Shown: positions 9,652 through 20,208, counted from the stretch's first letter. The stretch: DNA of 64,000 nt from a virus (IMGVR_UViG_3300012953_006207:16697-80696); one strand, 5' to 3'. Notes: generated by a model not told the origin, from the letters alone. Translations and numbers: made by a program.

Positions 9652-10766
9652 CCCTTCTTAATACAGTCGGTAATGTATTCTCTTTGCTCTTTCGTGACCC
9701 ACCAACCTACTGGAATAGAAATAAGTTCGGGTGTTATTTTGTCTAGAGTTGGAAGGTGACTATTAAATTGATTTACGCAAGAGTGAATATCATTCCTCTC
9801 ATGAACTTGACTCACCATGATTTCGCACTCTTTCATATAAGCCATGAAGTCGTCTTTTCTTTCTACAAATAAACTGTAAATCCAAAAGCTTGAATCCATT
9901 CTTTCATCTCTTTCGGTCAACCTCACGCCTTCAACACCTTCCAGTTCTTGATCGTAATAATGCGCGTTGCTTTTATGAGTAGCAAGATTGGCGTCAAGGT
10001 GTTTTAAATTTTCTATACCTATAGCAGCAGCGATATCGTTCATATGAAACTTGAATCCCCATTCGGGTATATCTGCTTCACACCTAAAATCTTTTTTATT
10101 TGTATCTCTATCTATTCCGTACCACCTCAACAACTTGGCGCGTCTATGAAATTCGTTAGTCGGACATACAAGTAATCCGCCATCGCCAGTAGTTAAATGT
10201 TTGATGGCTTGGAAGCTAAACGTACAAAAATTTCCACTATTACCTATCCTTCGGCCATTAAAGGTACTTCCAATCGCGTGGGCGCAATCTTCAATAACCA
10301 AAGGTCTAAAGCCGTACATTTGCTCTGTTTTATCTACTATGTTTTTAATTCTATCTAAATCTACGGGGTATCCTCCCCAGTGGACTATAAATATAACCTT
10401 AGTCGAAGGAGAGATTTTTCTCTCTAAGTCGTCTAAATCCATATTTAAATTAAAGTAATCGACATCTACCCATTTTATATTTAAACCATTAGCAAGTATA
10501 GGCCAGTTTGTGGCTGTACAAGTCAACGGAGTAGTTAGAACTTCATCACCCTCACTTATGAAATCTTTTTTCATCAAGTGAAGTGCGAGATGTTCAGCCG
10601 AAGTAGCAGCATTAGTAGTGCAAATGTAATCGTTGCTAAGATAAGATTTAAGTTCAGTTTCGAATTCTTCTACTTTCGGCCCCTGACCGATGAATCCGCT
10701 TTCTAAAACTTTGCCAACTTCTTGTTGGGCTGTACTTGACATAAATACTTTAAATAAAGGAATCAT
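9645..10766 (-). CDS. DegT/DnrJ/EryC1/StrS nucleotide-sugar aminotransferase
   Basis: GPKVEEFE, VHWGG.P, IEDCAHA.G and FSFQAIKHLTTGDGG (PLP lysine). Confidence 0.92.
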   Translation of the reverse strand: MIPLFKVFMSSTAQQEVGKVLESGFIGQGPKVEEFETELKSYLSNDYICTTNAATSAEHLALHLMKKDFISEGDEVLTTPLTCTATNWPILANGLNIKWVDVDYFNLNMDLDDLERKISPSTKVIFIVHWGGYPVDLDRIKNIVDKTEQMYGFRPLVIEDCAHAIGSTFNGRRIGNSGNFCTFSFQAIKHLTTGDGGLLVCPTNEFHRRAKLLRWYGIDRDTNKKDFRCEADIPEWGFKFHMNDIAAAIGIENLKHLDANLATHKSNAHYYDQELEGVEGVRLTERDERMDSSFWIYSLFVERKDDFMAYMKECEIMVSQVHERNDIHSCVNQFNSHLPTLDKITPELISIPVGWWVTKEQREYITDCIKKGW

Positions 10767-12049
10767 ATATTTTTAACTTTCCATACTGTGTCTGGGTTAA
10801 TTTCTATTCCAAATCCCGCTCTATTTCCCAGTTGATCATCAAACCAAGCTTTGTACTGTCCTACCATATGATTATGCATACATCCTCCCCATGCGTTCTT
10901 CATATCTTCATAAAGGTAAGCATCTAATGATTTAGTTAGAGGCCATTTAAACTGAATTTTAGATTGCGTGAAATTAAATGTCCTCCAAGATACTTGAGAA
11001 GAGTCTAAATTATTGAACCCGTTATTGACTATGCCTTTTTTATTGAGTCGATTAGCGTGTTCTTCGTCGCTAGAAGATTTTATATCCTCAAGCCTCTCCG
11101 TCTGACTTGGATCGTATGTTATCAGATGACAATATGAATATATGCAGTTTCTGTGTTCTTTGTAGAACTTATTTAATTTAAATAAATAATCAAAAAGAAT
11201 CGCATCATCGTCACAAAGCATAAACGTTATATCTGAATCAGTTTGATTAACGGCTTCAGTGGCGAACTTTCCAAATATAGAATTACCCCTTTTTCTTTTT
11301 TCTTCTTCGGAGTCATTTGTTTTTATAATCTTTACTTGAGATTCCATTTGCCGATGTTCGGGGTAAGATTCGAAATAATCAGACAGAACATTTTCTACGT
11401 CTTGATTCGTGCTATCATCTACAATGCATAACTCCCAATTTTTATAAGTCGAAGTGAAAACGCTTTTCAGTGCAAATTTTTGAGACATTTGCGGTCTATC
11501 ATAATAGAAAAATAATATCTGTATTTTTAAATCTGGATTACCATCTCTGTGCTTTACTTCAGGAACTTCAGGTACGTTTATTAAACTTAAATCTAAGGAC
11601 ATTCCCAAGTCTGTTTCAGTTTCGTCATCTACGTTGAACCCAAGTTCGTAGTAGCACTTTAAAGCCACCATGTTTTTCCTCAATACTCTTAAAGTAGCAG
11701 TGGAATAACCATCTTTTTTCAAATATTTAAATAGTTCAAGGTACGCAGCTTTCGCGTAGCCGTATCCCCTGTGGGTTGGATGTATATCCATACCTACTTC
11801 TATGGAAGTTCCGGTGTCTTTGTCTGTGCGAATATAACCTACAGGTATTCCGCGAACTGAAGGAGCACCAGTTTCTACTACAATTTTAAACCAAGAAGGT
11901 CTATCTTTCCGATACCACTTTTCGTACTCATCTATGGTAAAGGTTTTGTCGTTATGAAGAAAAGATCGCGTACTCGGATCGTTTCTTATATTTAGTACAA
12001 ACTCAGCATCTGTGACTTCTAGATGTTTAAGGTGTATTTTCAACACCAA
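10763..12049 (-). CDS. GNAT acetyltransferase (PseH-like) fused to a GT2 glycosyltransferase
   Basis: N-terminal HRGYGYAK acetyl-CoA motif; C-terminal Y.NWEL.IVDDS and LCDDD motifs. Confidence 0.8.
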   Translation of the reverse strand: MVLKIHLKHLEVTDAEFVLNIRNDPSTRSFLHNDKTFTIDEYEKWYRKDRPSWFKIVVETGAPSVRGIPVGYIRTDKDTGTSIEVGMDIHPTHRGYGYAKAAYLELFKYLKKDGYSTATLRVLRKNMVALKCYYELGFNVDDETETDLGMSLDLSLINVPEVPEVKHRDGNPDLKIQILFFYYDRPQMSQKFALKSVFTSTYKNWELCIVDDSTNQDVENVLSDYFESYPEHRQMESQVKIIKTNDSEEEKRKRGNSIFGKFATEAVNQTDSDITFMLCDDDAILFDYLFKLNKFYKEHRNCIYSYCHLITYDPSQTERLEDIKSSSDEEHANRLNKKGIVNNGFNNLDSSQVSWRTFNFTQSKIQFKWPLTKSLDAYLYEDMKNAWGGCMHNHMVGQYKAWFDDQLGNRAGFGIEINPDTVWKVKNI

Positions 12050-12080
12050 ATTTTATTCTAAACTAAATTGTTTAGCAAGC

Positions 12081-12713
12081 TTATACCCGTAGTTCTCCCA
12101 TCTTGAGGTACTTCATATTATCTTCTACAGAGTCTAGGCAGTATTTTACCCAACTTTCAACCGAGTCCTTGCCCACTTCTTTCCCGCCTACGTTTACCCA
12201 GTAAGGAGGAGGAAGTTTGTCTACTATTTCGCCAGATTCAATACTGAGTTCTGCCATGTCCATATAATAATCCATCCAGCATTGAAACCATGAGTTTGTA
12301 CTTAAATAAAAATTTAATTCAGCAACCCCTACTGGGATAGCACGATTCTCCTCTTTCTCTTCTTTTACCATTTTTTTCACTTCGAAATCATCCAGATAAT
12401 AAACGCTTTCCCAATCCCCATCCATATCACCTTGCATTACTTCGACCCAAAAGTTATTACCTTTTCTTCCGTAGTTAATCGCGTCAAAAGCATAGACGTA
12501 AGCAGAACCATTTGCTGCTACTTTTACAGGATAAGGGTCTCCTCCTTCATTCTGCTGGAACTCAAAGTCTCCGGTTTCGTTTCGAGCAGTTTCTTTCTTA
12601 AGTTTGTAGAAGGTATCCGTTACCGATTCCGCTTCTTTAGATGATACAAAATCACGACTGTATTGATTGATTACCTCTTGTAACTCATCCAGCCTCTTTT
12701 TCATTTCTTGCAT
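12081..12713 (-). CDS. Hypothetical protein, early promoter, leaderless
   Basis: 210-aa ORF; minus-strand TTGACT-17-TACATT ends 6 nt before the ATG. Confidence 0.75.
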   Translation of the reverse strand: MQEMKKRLDELQEVINQYSRDFVSSKEAESVTDTFYKLKKETARNETGDFEFQQNEGGDPYPVKVAANGSAYVYAFDAINYGRKGNNFWVEVMQGDMDGDWESVYYLDDFEVKKMVKEEKEENRAIPVGVAELNFYLSTNSWFQCWMDYYMDMAELSIESGEIVDKLPPPYWVNVGGKEVGKDSVESWVKYCLDSVEDNMKYLKMGELRV

Positions 12714-12796
12714 TCGTTAAATGTATTTTATTTTTTGGAATAAGTCAACTGGAAAAAGTATTGACCCAAAATCAGAATTCTGGAAATATACAATGT

Positions 12797-14383
12797 ATGA
12801 AGCAGACCGATAATTTTTCTTTTGATTTTCCACAAGGCCAGCCTCGACCATCCAATAAAGAAATTGGTGATATTTTGAGGGAAGCCTTGGAAGATGCAGG
12901 TAAGAATCCAGATAAGGCTGCGGATAAAATGATGTCAAAGCTTCCGAAAGGAACAAAGATAGTAAGGTCAGGCGCAAGCGGTCAATTAAGTCCGCAGGAT
13001 TTGCTGGGTGCGGAAAGCTTTCGCGCCGTTGGCAACGAATGTACATCATCTCTTAACAGTGGTGTTGACGCTCCTTGGGGAAAAATGGATATCAGAATGA
13101 AAGTTCCTAACCATTCCTCGCCCAAAAATGAAGATGAATTTGGCGTAGATGAATTAACGCCTTTGAATGAGTTTAACTTTTGGTGGGATAACAGAATTTG
13201 TTATAGAGAAAAGTTAGGTTCAAAAAAGCATATTAATAGTTACTATAATCACGTTTGCACTTCGGCTGATAATCCTTGGTGGGATGTCCCCGAAATGCCT
13301 GACTGGGATGAGGCGTCAAATCTTCTTCCTAGCGTTTTTGATAAAGTCCCTCAAACACCTTTTGCGATTATCTCTCAAAATCAATACGCGCAGATGGGTT
13401 GGAAATATATAATCCCCAAGGAGGTGGATGATTGGTTGCGTGACAAGCAAATAGAGAAGCAAGAAGAACTTGAATCTCCAGAAGATGACACTCCTAAAGA
13501 TTTTAACTTCAGGCCAATCTCGGAAATATTTAAATACACTAAGAGTAAAAGCATACTCATTGACAGAACTAGCGTAGACGACCCTCCTATTTTGATTAAC
13601 TATTTTGATACAGAAATAGCTAGAAAGCTTGTGAAAGGTGGACGCTCGTCAGTTGTAGACAAAGACGGTATCCCCGTGGATTTCTTTAAAAGGGTAAAGC
13701 AACTTGCAGGGGCAAATGGATACTACCCACTTGATTACATACTAACTATATCATGTCCGGTAAGTTTTAAACCTAAATCTGGCAAAGGAAGCGTAATCTA
13801 TTCGACTCAGTGCTTTGTGATAACGTGTGACCAAATGCTCAAAGATTTGAGTTACCTTCAGGTTGAATGCAACAAGGAATCTATTTCTGACGATATGAAT
13901 TTAAATATTGGTTGCGTTCTAGGTTATGAAGAATCTGCTGGGCATCTTCATGCGCGTCAGTGGGCGATGCCTTGGACTATGAGTGGAATCGCAAGAACCA
14001 TCATGAACTCTTTAAACTACGTTCACTACTCGACGTTGAGAGAGGTTAGGGAAAGCTCAACCATAAGCTCTATCGCTCAGGTCAAAAGTTCAGAGGACTT
14101 AATTGGCTTGGGTACTCGCAAGGTTGTTCGGCCAGAAGTAAATGTTTCGATATTACCTGCTATTACTTACCTGAATAAACCCAAGGTGGTTCGCTCTGAC
14201 AATAAGACAGGAAGGGAAGTCTCAGGTCATGAACGCACAGGGCATTGGCGCACAAATTGGCGTACTGGTAAAAAAGACATATGGATTGAAGCTCATAAAG
14301 TCAAAGGTGGTACACCAGAGGGTCAGCGCAAAGTAGCTAAACTTGTAACAAGAAAAGGCAAGTTAGTAGAACCCACTAAATAA
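12797..14383 (+). CDS. Hypothetical protein with C-terminal H.R.GHWR...WI..H motif
   Basis: Long ORF. The listed TTG at 12761 is the -35 box (TTGACC), so the real start is likely ATG 12797. Confidence 0.75.
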   Translation: MKQTDNFSFDFPQGQPRPSNKEIGDILREALEDAGKNPDKAADKMMSKLPKGTKIVRSGASGQLSPQDLLGAESFRAVGNECTSSLNSGVDAPWGKMDIRMKVPNHSSPKNEDEFGVDELTPLNEFNFWWDNRICYREKLGSKKHINSYYNHVCTSADNPWWDVPEMPDWDEASNLLPSVFDKVPQTPFAIISQNQYAQMGWKYIIPKEVDDWLRDKQIEKQEELESPEDDTPKDFNFRPISEIFKYTKSKSILIDRTSVDDPPILINYFDTEIARKLVKGGRSSVVDKDGIPVDFFKRVKQLAGANGYYPLDYILTISCPVSFKPKSGKGSVIYSTQCFVITCDQMLKDLSYLQVECNKESISDDMNLNIGCVLGYEESAGHLHARQWAMPWTMSGIARTIMNSLNYVHYSTLREVRESSTISSIAQVKSSEDLIGLGTRKVVRPEVNVSILPAITYLNKPKVVRSDNKTGREVSGHERTGHWRTNWRTGKKDIWIEAHKVKGGTPEGQRKVAKLVTRKGKLVEPTK

Positions 14384-14574
14384 ATATGTATAACCCCGTG
14401 AAATCAAACGATGGTGACTGGTGGGAGGAGATGTGCAAGAAATACGGCGAAAAGCCATCTAAACAATTGCCTCCCAAGAAAGTAAGTAAAGCTAGTAAGA
14501 AGAAAAAGAAGAGTGGAGGTAAGTAACCATTTATTTTAATGGTTTTTCGGTTTCGTTTTTTTAGAAAAAAGTCC

Positions 14575-14603
14575 TTGCACTTATTCCAGAAATTATGCAT
14601 TGT
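14575..14603 (+). promoter_or_regulatory. Early sigma70-type promoter (TTGCAC-ttattccagaa...-CATTGT)
   Basis: Member of the repeated promoter family; 17-nt spacer; ATG 6 nt downstream. Confidence 0.8.
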
Positions 14604-14609
14604 TGAGTT

Positions 14610-14888
14610 ATGTCAACAAGCTTCGAAAACTTTAAGTACCAACGCAAGGAATGCAAGGACGGCGGATACCCGCCTTCTCCTGCAAAGCGTATTAGCAGCG
14701 ATATCAACCAAGCATTCCGAGAGTTGGGTGCATTAGATAGAGGTTTATCAATCGCGCTCAAAAACGATAAGCAGCCTGAGTTTGTTTATAGTCTTATTAG
14801 ATACCACGAATGGAATAAGACTTGGGATGTAAAAGAGTGCGTCGAAGCTGCTTTAATGGATTGGGACATCAACCCAGAGGATAAATAA
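14610..14888 (+). CDS. Hypothetical early protein
   Basis: ORF starting at the predicted +1. Confidence 0.7.
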   Translation: MSTSFENFKYQRKECKDGGYPPSPAKRISSDINQAFRELGALDRGLSIALKNDKQPEFVYSLIRYHEWNKTWDVKECVEAALMDWDINPEDK

Positions 14889-14890
14889 TC

Positions 14891-15121
14891 ATGGAAAACC
14901 AATATTACGATAACAATATCTACAGCCGACTGCTTCTTGCAGAAACTGTTGCAAAATCTATGACTCAGGATGAGTTATTCAATTTCGTCAAAACAACCAT
15001 GTATAGCCACTTTGGTAAAATAACTGACGAAGAGTTCAAACAATGTTGGAATGATTACGGCATGGGCGATACTTTGAGTCGTGCCGAATCTGAAGAAGTC
15101 TCCATAAAAAACGAGGACTAA
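14891..15121 (+). CDS. Hypothetical protein (paralog of 29469-29636)
   Basis: Shares LA...v.S....L..F......EEFK..WN.Y with the 29469 ORF. Confidence 0.7.
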   Translation: MENQYYDNNIYSRLLLAETVAKSMTQDELFNFVKTTMYSHFGKITDEEFKQCWNDYGMGDTLSRAESEEVSIKNED

Positions 15122-15167
15122 AAAATTTTCCTTGTACTTAATCCAGAAATTATTAATACTCTAAATC

Positions 15168-15854
15168 ATGATAGCTGACACAGAGAAAACCCGAAAATAT
15201 ATCTCCAACTCGAATCACTTTCGTATAGATGAATCCGAGTTGCTCTGCATGAGGCTAGGTGAGTTAGTTGTATCCTTTGAGGGATACGTCTATCACGATG
15301 GTCTTGATATTACTTGGAATCGTCTTGGCCCATCACGAAACAAAGAAGAGTGGTACGGCGCATACCTTGGCCTTACCGAGGATTGTGATTTTAATTCTAA
15401 CGACTGGTTCAGTCCACGTTATGATTTCGACGGAAACGGTTACTACTTTGACGACAGTAGAGGCGATTATGCATTTAACCCTTTTAGGAATTATGAAGAT
15501 AAATACATGCTCTGGGAGGCTAACGCATGGAAGCAGCAGGGTTTTGGTACAGCCGACAACTGGTGGAGTGCCAAGGGAATCATGGAGGAGAGTGTGTGGA
15601 AGCGACTCACCGACCCATCCAACCAACTGCCATACGCTTTCCAAGGTCACAAGTCTGATTACACTAGTCCTTTAGAGATTATCAAGGCTAAAGGTCTCAC
15701 TCAATCCGACTTGCGTCTGGAAACGATTTACCTTTATAAAGAATTTGATAGTAAAGCAGAACTGAACGAGGCACACAAAGCCTTTCAGATTAAAGAGTAC
15801 GAAAATAAAATCGAAGCACTTAAAGAACTACCTTACGGCAGCTTCAAGGAGTAA
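15168..15854 (+). CDS. Hypothetical early protein
   Basis: 228-aa ORF; promoter TTGTAC-17-AATACT at 15132-15160. Confidence 0.75.
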   Translation: MIADTEKTRKYISNSNHFRIDESELLCMRLGELVVSFEGYVYHDGLDITWNRLGPSRNKEEWYGAYLGLTEDCDFNSNDWFSPRYDFDGNGYYFDDSRGDYAFNPFRNYEDKYMLWEANAWKQQGFGTADNWWSAKGIMEESVWKRLTDPSNQLPYAFQGHKSDYTSPLEIIKAKGLTQSDLRLETIYLYKEFDSKAELNEAHKAFQIKEYENKIEALKELPYGSFKE

Positions 15855-15857
15855 ATT

Positions 15858-16031
15858 ATGAGTAACAAACAAGCATTTAGTATTGTATTAAAAATGGCAA
15901 AAGACCGTGATATGATGGGATATGAATGGCCCGAAGCGGAAGTCAAACGTGAACGAGAGGCGATTGAAACTGTTGAACGCTTCCTTTTCTTAGCCTATCT
16001 CGACTATGACGAAAACATTAGGGAGGACTAA
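15858..16031 (+). CDS. Small protein, MSNKQA.. paralog 1
   Basis: Hand-translated 57 aa, AAGGAG SD; not in the ORF track. Confidence 0.65.
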   Translation: MSNKQAFSIVLKMAKDRDMMGYEWPEAEVKREREAIETVERFLFLAYLDYDENIRED

Positions 16032-16181
16032 ATGAGTAACAAAGAAGCACTGGATATTGTGTTGAAGGTTGCGAATCGTCACGCACATGACCGTCACGCA
16101 CATGATTACGGCCAAGATGAAGAAACCCTAGCTGCTTTATCTCAGATGGAAGATTATTACAACAATGTAATGGAGAATTAA
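16032..16181 (+). CDS. Small protein, MSNKEA.. paralog 2
   Basis: Hand-translated 49 aa, GGAGG SD; N-terminus like the upstream gene. Confidence 0.65.
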   Translation: MSNKEALDIVLKVANRHAHDRHAHDYGQDEETLAALSQMEDYYNNVMEN

Positions 16182-16182
16182 A

Positions 16183-16365
16183 ATGACTAAAGAAAAAGAA
16201 ATCATAATGATGGTATTACAATCTCACGCATTAAAGAAAACAGATTTACTTTCTGATTTTGCGAGAGAGGAGATTGCCGATGAAATCATGGAAGCTCAAA
16301 AGCTAATTTGGAATGAAGTACTGCTCGACATGGGTATCGAGTTAGTAAAAAAGGAGGAGGATTAA
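16183..16365 (+). CDS. Small hypothetical protein
   Basis: GGAG SD; coupled ORF. Confidence 0.6.
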   Translation: MTKEKEIIMMVLQSHALKKTDLLSDFAREEIADEIMEAQKLIWNEVLLDMGIELVKKEED

Positions 16366-16530
16366 TAATGTTTGAAATAATAAATGCAACGGCAATCATA
16401 GCAGCGTTAATAATTTTATGTTGGACGCTAGACCTAGACGATGAACAAGAAGATGAGAACCATTTAAATTAATTAAAATAAATCTTTTCTACTTGCAGTT
16501 ATTCCAGAATTTTTTAATACTCTTAATCAC

Positions 16531-17433
16531 ATGAGTTACAGTCTTTGTTGCATATCGAATTCCCTCGCGAAGGAAGGTCACAAATTTCAGACCATGACTT
16601 GGCATCGCTTTTCTCAGCTTGACCGCGAAGAAGCAGTCGCTACAGTCTCGGCGCGAACGCTCAATAATATTCGTGTTACTTATAAAATTCTACAGCGGTG
16701 CGCTGCAAAACGCTGGGGCTATCGTGTTAGCTCTAACCTTTTCCCGCTACTCACATATGACGTAGCAGAACTTAAAATAGAAGAATACCCAGATTGGATT
16801 GACATACAGGCTGCGCTTGCAGATTGCGCTTCTATCATCAAGTACAATAGCATTCGTGTTTCTTGTCATCCTGACCAGTTCAATGTTCTTGCAAGTGAGG
16901 GTAAACACAATGTCGCTAAAACCATAAAAGAATTAAATCATCACGGTTGGTTCATGGATATGCTCGGCGCGTATAGTGATTACCGTTCCCCCATCAATAT
17001 TCATGTCAACAATACCAAAGGCGAACCACAAGAAATCGCTGACCGTTTTATGCTTAATCTCCGCGAGTGCAATCAATCTGTTCGCTCTCGCCTTGTTGTA
17101 GAAAACGAGGACAAGGGCATTTGGACTCCAGCATTACTTGCCGAGTGTTTCCTCAAATTGCCCATTACTTACGACAACCTACACCACAAATGCTTACCCG
17201 ATGGCCTCACAGAGGATGAAGCCTATCGCTTATGCTATAATACATGGCAGGAGAACGGTTACTTCAAACCACTATTCCACTACTCAGAATCTCATCCAGA
17301 CAAAAATAACCCTCGCAGTCATGCTGATATGCCTACTGGGTTACCAAAAGACGGAGGATACTCTTTCGCTGTCGATTACGACATCGAACTCAAGTCCAAG
17401 GATGATGCCATTGAAGCTTTCGCAGCGTTGTAA
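16531..17433 (+). CDS. uvsE: UV damage endonuclease UvsE/UVDE
   Basis: YRVSS.LFP, HPDQF.VL, INIH, LVVENED, D.LHH, HYSE, HAD and ELKSKD motifs. Confidence 0.92.
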   Translation: MSYSLCCISNSLAKEGHKFQTMTWHRFSQLDREEAVATVSARTLNNIRVTYKILQRCAAKRWGYRVSSNLFPLLTYDVAELKIEEYPDWIDIQAALADCASIIKYNSIRVSCHPDQFNVLASEGKHNVAKTIKELNHHGWFMDMLGAYSDYRSPINIHVNNTKGEPQEIADRFMLNLRECNQSVRSRLVVENEDKGIWTPALLAECFLKLPITYDNLHHKCLPDGLTEDEAYRLCYNTWQENGYFKPLFHYSESHPDKNNPRSHADMPTGLPKDGGYSFAVDYDIELKSKDDAIEAFAAL

Positions 17434-17475
17434 AAAGTGCTTGCACTTATTCCAGAAAATAACTAATCTTTAATC

Positions 17476-17952
17476 ATGCCTTTCAAACATAAATGGAGTA
17501 GAGTAAATGTTCTGCCTAGCAAAGAGTGGAATATTTTAATTGATTACGCTGATGCTTGCATTGAGGAGGAGAAAAAAAATGGTGCAGAGTTTGCATGGAC
17601 TTGGGGGCATAAAGGAGACGACTTGACCGCGCCGTATTTGCGTAAAGATTATACTGACCCCTCTAGCTGCATGGCTCCATCTGGTTTCATAAGATTTAAT
17701 GCTCTTGGCCCAGATGGATATTGCGGATGTGATTTTACTTTTAATCAAAATCGCTCGCATCCTTGGGGCGACATTAAGATTGAGGAGGGACAATACCCAA
17801 ATGACATTGAAGTTCACGAAGAGGTATCAGTAGCTCGGTCAAATTCTCTCAAAGAAAAGCCTTACGAAAGAGTAATTAGAAAAATCTTAATCAAAGCAAA
17901 GATTCTTTTTGGAGAACGCTTTAATGTAAAAGCTCTCAACGAAAAAGATTAA
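17476..17952 (+). CDS. Hypothetical early protein
   Basis: Promoter TTGCAC-17-TAATCT at 17441-17469, ATG 6 nt later. Confidence 0.7.
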   Translation: MPFKHKWSRVNVLPSKEWNILIDYADACIEEEKKNGAEFAWTWGHKGDDLTAPYLRKDYTDPSSCMAPSGFIRFNALGPDGYCGCDFTFNQNRSHPWGDIKIEEGQYPNDIEVHEEVSVARSNSLKEKPYERVIRKILIKAKILFGERFNVKALNEKD

Positions 17953-17975
17953 AATTAATTAAAATAAATACAACG

Positions 17976-18170
17976 ATGAAAACTGACCCGAATAACCCAC
18001 GACCACACGACATTCAACTCATTGCTCAAGGGCTTGAGAAAGCGAAGCCTTGGGGATTAGAAGCAGAGTTTGCATGGAGTTTAGCAACGCATATCAGAAC
18101 CTACCCAACAGACCCAATGGATATGGCCGTTCAAGTTGCGCTAGATGATTGGGATTTAGACAAACATTAA
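17976..18170 (+). CDS. Small hypothetical protein
   Basis: ORF; C-terminal AL.DWD resembles that of the 14610 ORF. Confidence 0.6.
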   Translation: MKTDPNNPRPHDIQLIAQGLEKAKPWGLEAEFAWSLATHIRTYPTDPMDMAVQVALDDWDLDKH

Positions 18171-18358
18171 AGGATTAAATTATGAAGAACAATTCAAAAT
18201 CAAAAATTCCGACCGAGATTACACATTTCACATGGATGAACAAAGAACAGTATCGCAAGGGTCTTACCAAACTAGAAAAGAAAGTTGGTCAGTCCAAACC
18301 GCAGATTAAAATTGTTGTCCTCTCCTAAACCCAGAAGTAAGTATTGGAGAATTAAATT

Positions 18359-18580
18359 ATGACTGACCGCGAAATATTAGACCATGTATACCGTGAATTG
18401 CTTGCGGGTAGAGTCCACCAAGAAATGATTGACTTTATACAAACAGAATGGCAAAGACGAGATGAGTTACTAGACGCACAAGAAATAGAACACATACAAG
18501 GATTACAAATCGGGAAAGACGGAACCGTAGACGACCAATACAACGAAGGAGATGCTGGAGATAATGATTACCAAGGATAA
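18359..18580 (+). CDS. Small hypothetical protein
   Basis: GGAG SD. Confidence 0.6.
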   Translation: MTDREILDHVYRELLAGRVHQEMIDFIQTEWQRRDELLDAQEIEHIQGLQIGKDGTVDDQYNEGDAGDNDYQG

Positions 18581-18585
18581 TCTTA

Positions 18586-18798
18586 ATGAGTAAAAAGAAC
18601 TTTAAACTATCTGCTCGGATTGACGAATCAAACCCCAATCATCATATGTGGAACAATAACGGCACTTGGTACATTCACTTTATTATCCATAAAGAGGACA
18701 AGACTGCTGAGAGATTCAGGAAAAGCCTGAAAACTCGCGATGTTGAAGAAGCTAGAAATAAACGAGATAAGATACTAGAGAGATTAATGAAAGACTAA
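18586..18798 (+). CDS. Small conserved protein (NPNHH.WNNNGTW...R.SL.TRD..EAR..RD; integrase arm-binding-like)
   Basis: Motif recalled from Verrucomicrobia proteins; the SL.T.D..EA pattern resembles integrase N-terminal domains. Confidence 0.6.
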   Translation: MSKKNFKLSARIDESNPNHHMWNNNGTWYIHFIIHKEDKTAERFRKSLKTRDVEEARNKRDKILERLMKD

Positions 18799-18980
18799 TC
18801 CATTTAAATAAATAAAAAAAAAATGAGAAACTACGAAATCATAAAGGCGATATACGAACGCTGTCCCAGCCAAGAAAGCTTTACCAACGGAGGGGAAAAG
18901 GAACTCACCAAAGAACAGATTTTCGACAGATGTTTAGACATCATAGAATTAATCGAACGAGAAAGACCACAACTAACAAA

Positions 18981-19175
18981 ATGAAAACAATATTACTATC
19001 TTTACTTGTTATGAGTACTGGCTGCATGACTTACGAATACCAAGTTCACTTAACGTCAGACGATAACGGAACTCATCATCTGATAAATGCGCGTACAGAA
19101 AAAGAAGCTCAAGACTTCATTAAATCTTACGAAACAGACCACGGGCCAATGAAAATTATTAAAAACCCAAAATAG
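18981..19175 (+). CDS. Putative lipoprotein
   Basis: MKTILLSLLVMSTGC lipobox-like signal. Confidence 0.55.
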   Translation: MKTILLSLLVMSTGCMTYEYQVHLTSDDNGTHHLINARTEKEAQDFIKSYETDHGPMKIIKNPK

Positions 19176-19213
19176 TTCTTGTACTTATTCCAGAAATTAT
19201 CAATACTAGAGAC

Positions 19214-19462
19214 ATGGTATACGAGATACAGAAACGCAAGTTCCAAGCTGGAACTCACCCCGAAGAAGAGTTGTTCTTTATCTATGGTCAAACGCCCGAT
19301 GGCGAATGGTTCCCAATGCAAGGGCCATACGAGTCTCAGGCAGAAGCCATTAAAGACAGTTATGATTCTAGGTACGAAGAATGCTCTTGGGATGGCAAGA
19401 AAGTAGACGTTCAACTTGGTCTCGATATGATTATTGATGGCGACAAAATGCCTTGGCAATAA
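19214..19462 (+). CDS. Hypothetical early protein
   Basis: Promoter TTGTAC-17-AATACT at 19179-19207, ATG 6 nt later. Confidence 0.7.
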   Translation: MVYEIQKRKFQAGTHPEEELFFIYGQTPDGEWFPMQGPYESQAEAIKDSYDSRYEECSWDGKKVDVQLGLDMIIDGDKMPWQ

Positions 19463-19570
19463 GGAGGGTTAAATGAAAACGGCAGTAGAAATGTTATTAA
19501 TTAGTGTTGATTGGTTTGTTATAGTCAACGTAGCAAAAGAAATGAGAGTATTAATATACGGAGGATAATT

Positions 19571-19804
19571 ATGTTGAAGCAAGTAAAACCTAACGGAGAA
19601 TACAAAGAAATGGAAGAGGATAAAACAATTACATTAAGCAAACACGAAGTGGTTCTCGACAGAGATTTTGTTGAGGAGGTATGGGAACTAGCTTTTGGTG
19701 CAGACGCATGGGACAAAGGCTTTAACGACCAAGAAGTGCTAGATAAACTAAAACAATACGAAGCACACGCTTTGAAATGGGAAGAACAGGAAGGGCTAGT
19801 ATAA
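19571..19804 (+). CDS. Small hypothetical protein
   Basis: GGAGG SD before MLKQVK. Confidence 0.6.
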   Translation: MLKQVKPNGEYKEMEEDKTITLSKHEVVLDRDFVEEVWELAFGADAWDKGFNDQEVLDKLKQYEAHALKWEEQEGLV

Positions 19805-20010
19805 TGATGTTAGATAAACAATATTACGGTGCAGTCCGGTGGACTACCTCAGACCTGCAAATGCTTTTCGACCTAACGGACGACGAAGCTCACGAATGGC
19901 TCCACAACAACGAAAAGCACATCCAGAACCGATTGGTTGAACTTGGATGGGAAGTTCTTGAAGATTTAGGTAAGATGGACGACTTACCTCCGCTGAAAGA
20001 ATGCGACTAG
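19804..20010 (+). CDS. Small hypothetical protein
   Basis: ATG overlaps the upstream stop. Confidence 0.6.
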   Translation: MMLDKQYYGAVRWTTSDLQMLFDLTDDEAHEWLHNNEKHIQNRLVELGWEVLEDLGKMDDLPPLKECD

Positions 20011-20208
20011 AGAAAACCATTTAAATTAATTAAAATAAATGAAATTCTGGGTAGTACAACAAAGGGCTGGGTCTGGCCATTGGAGGCATATCGCATACTG
20101 CAAAACCTTGAATGACGCTCACAAAGTATTGAAAGAATACAACACCAAGGTTGAAGTAAACGCAATGCGTGTCGAACAGAGAGATTTCTGGAAAAAGGGA
20201 GGCAAGTA

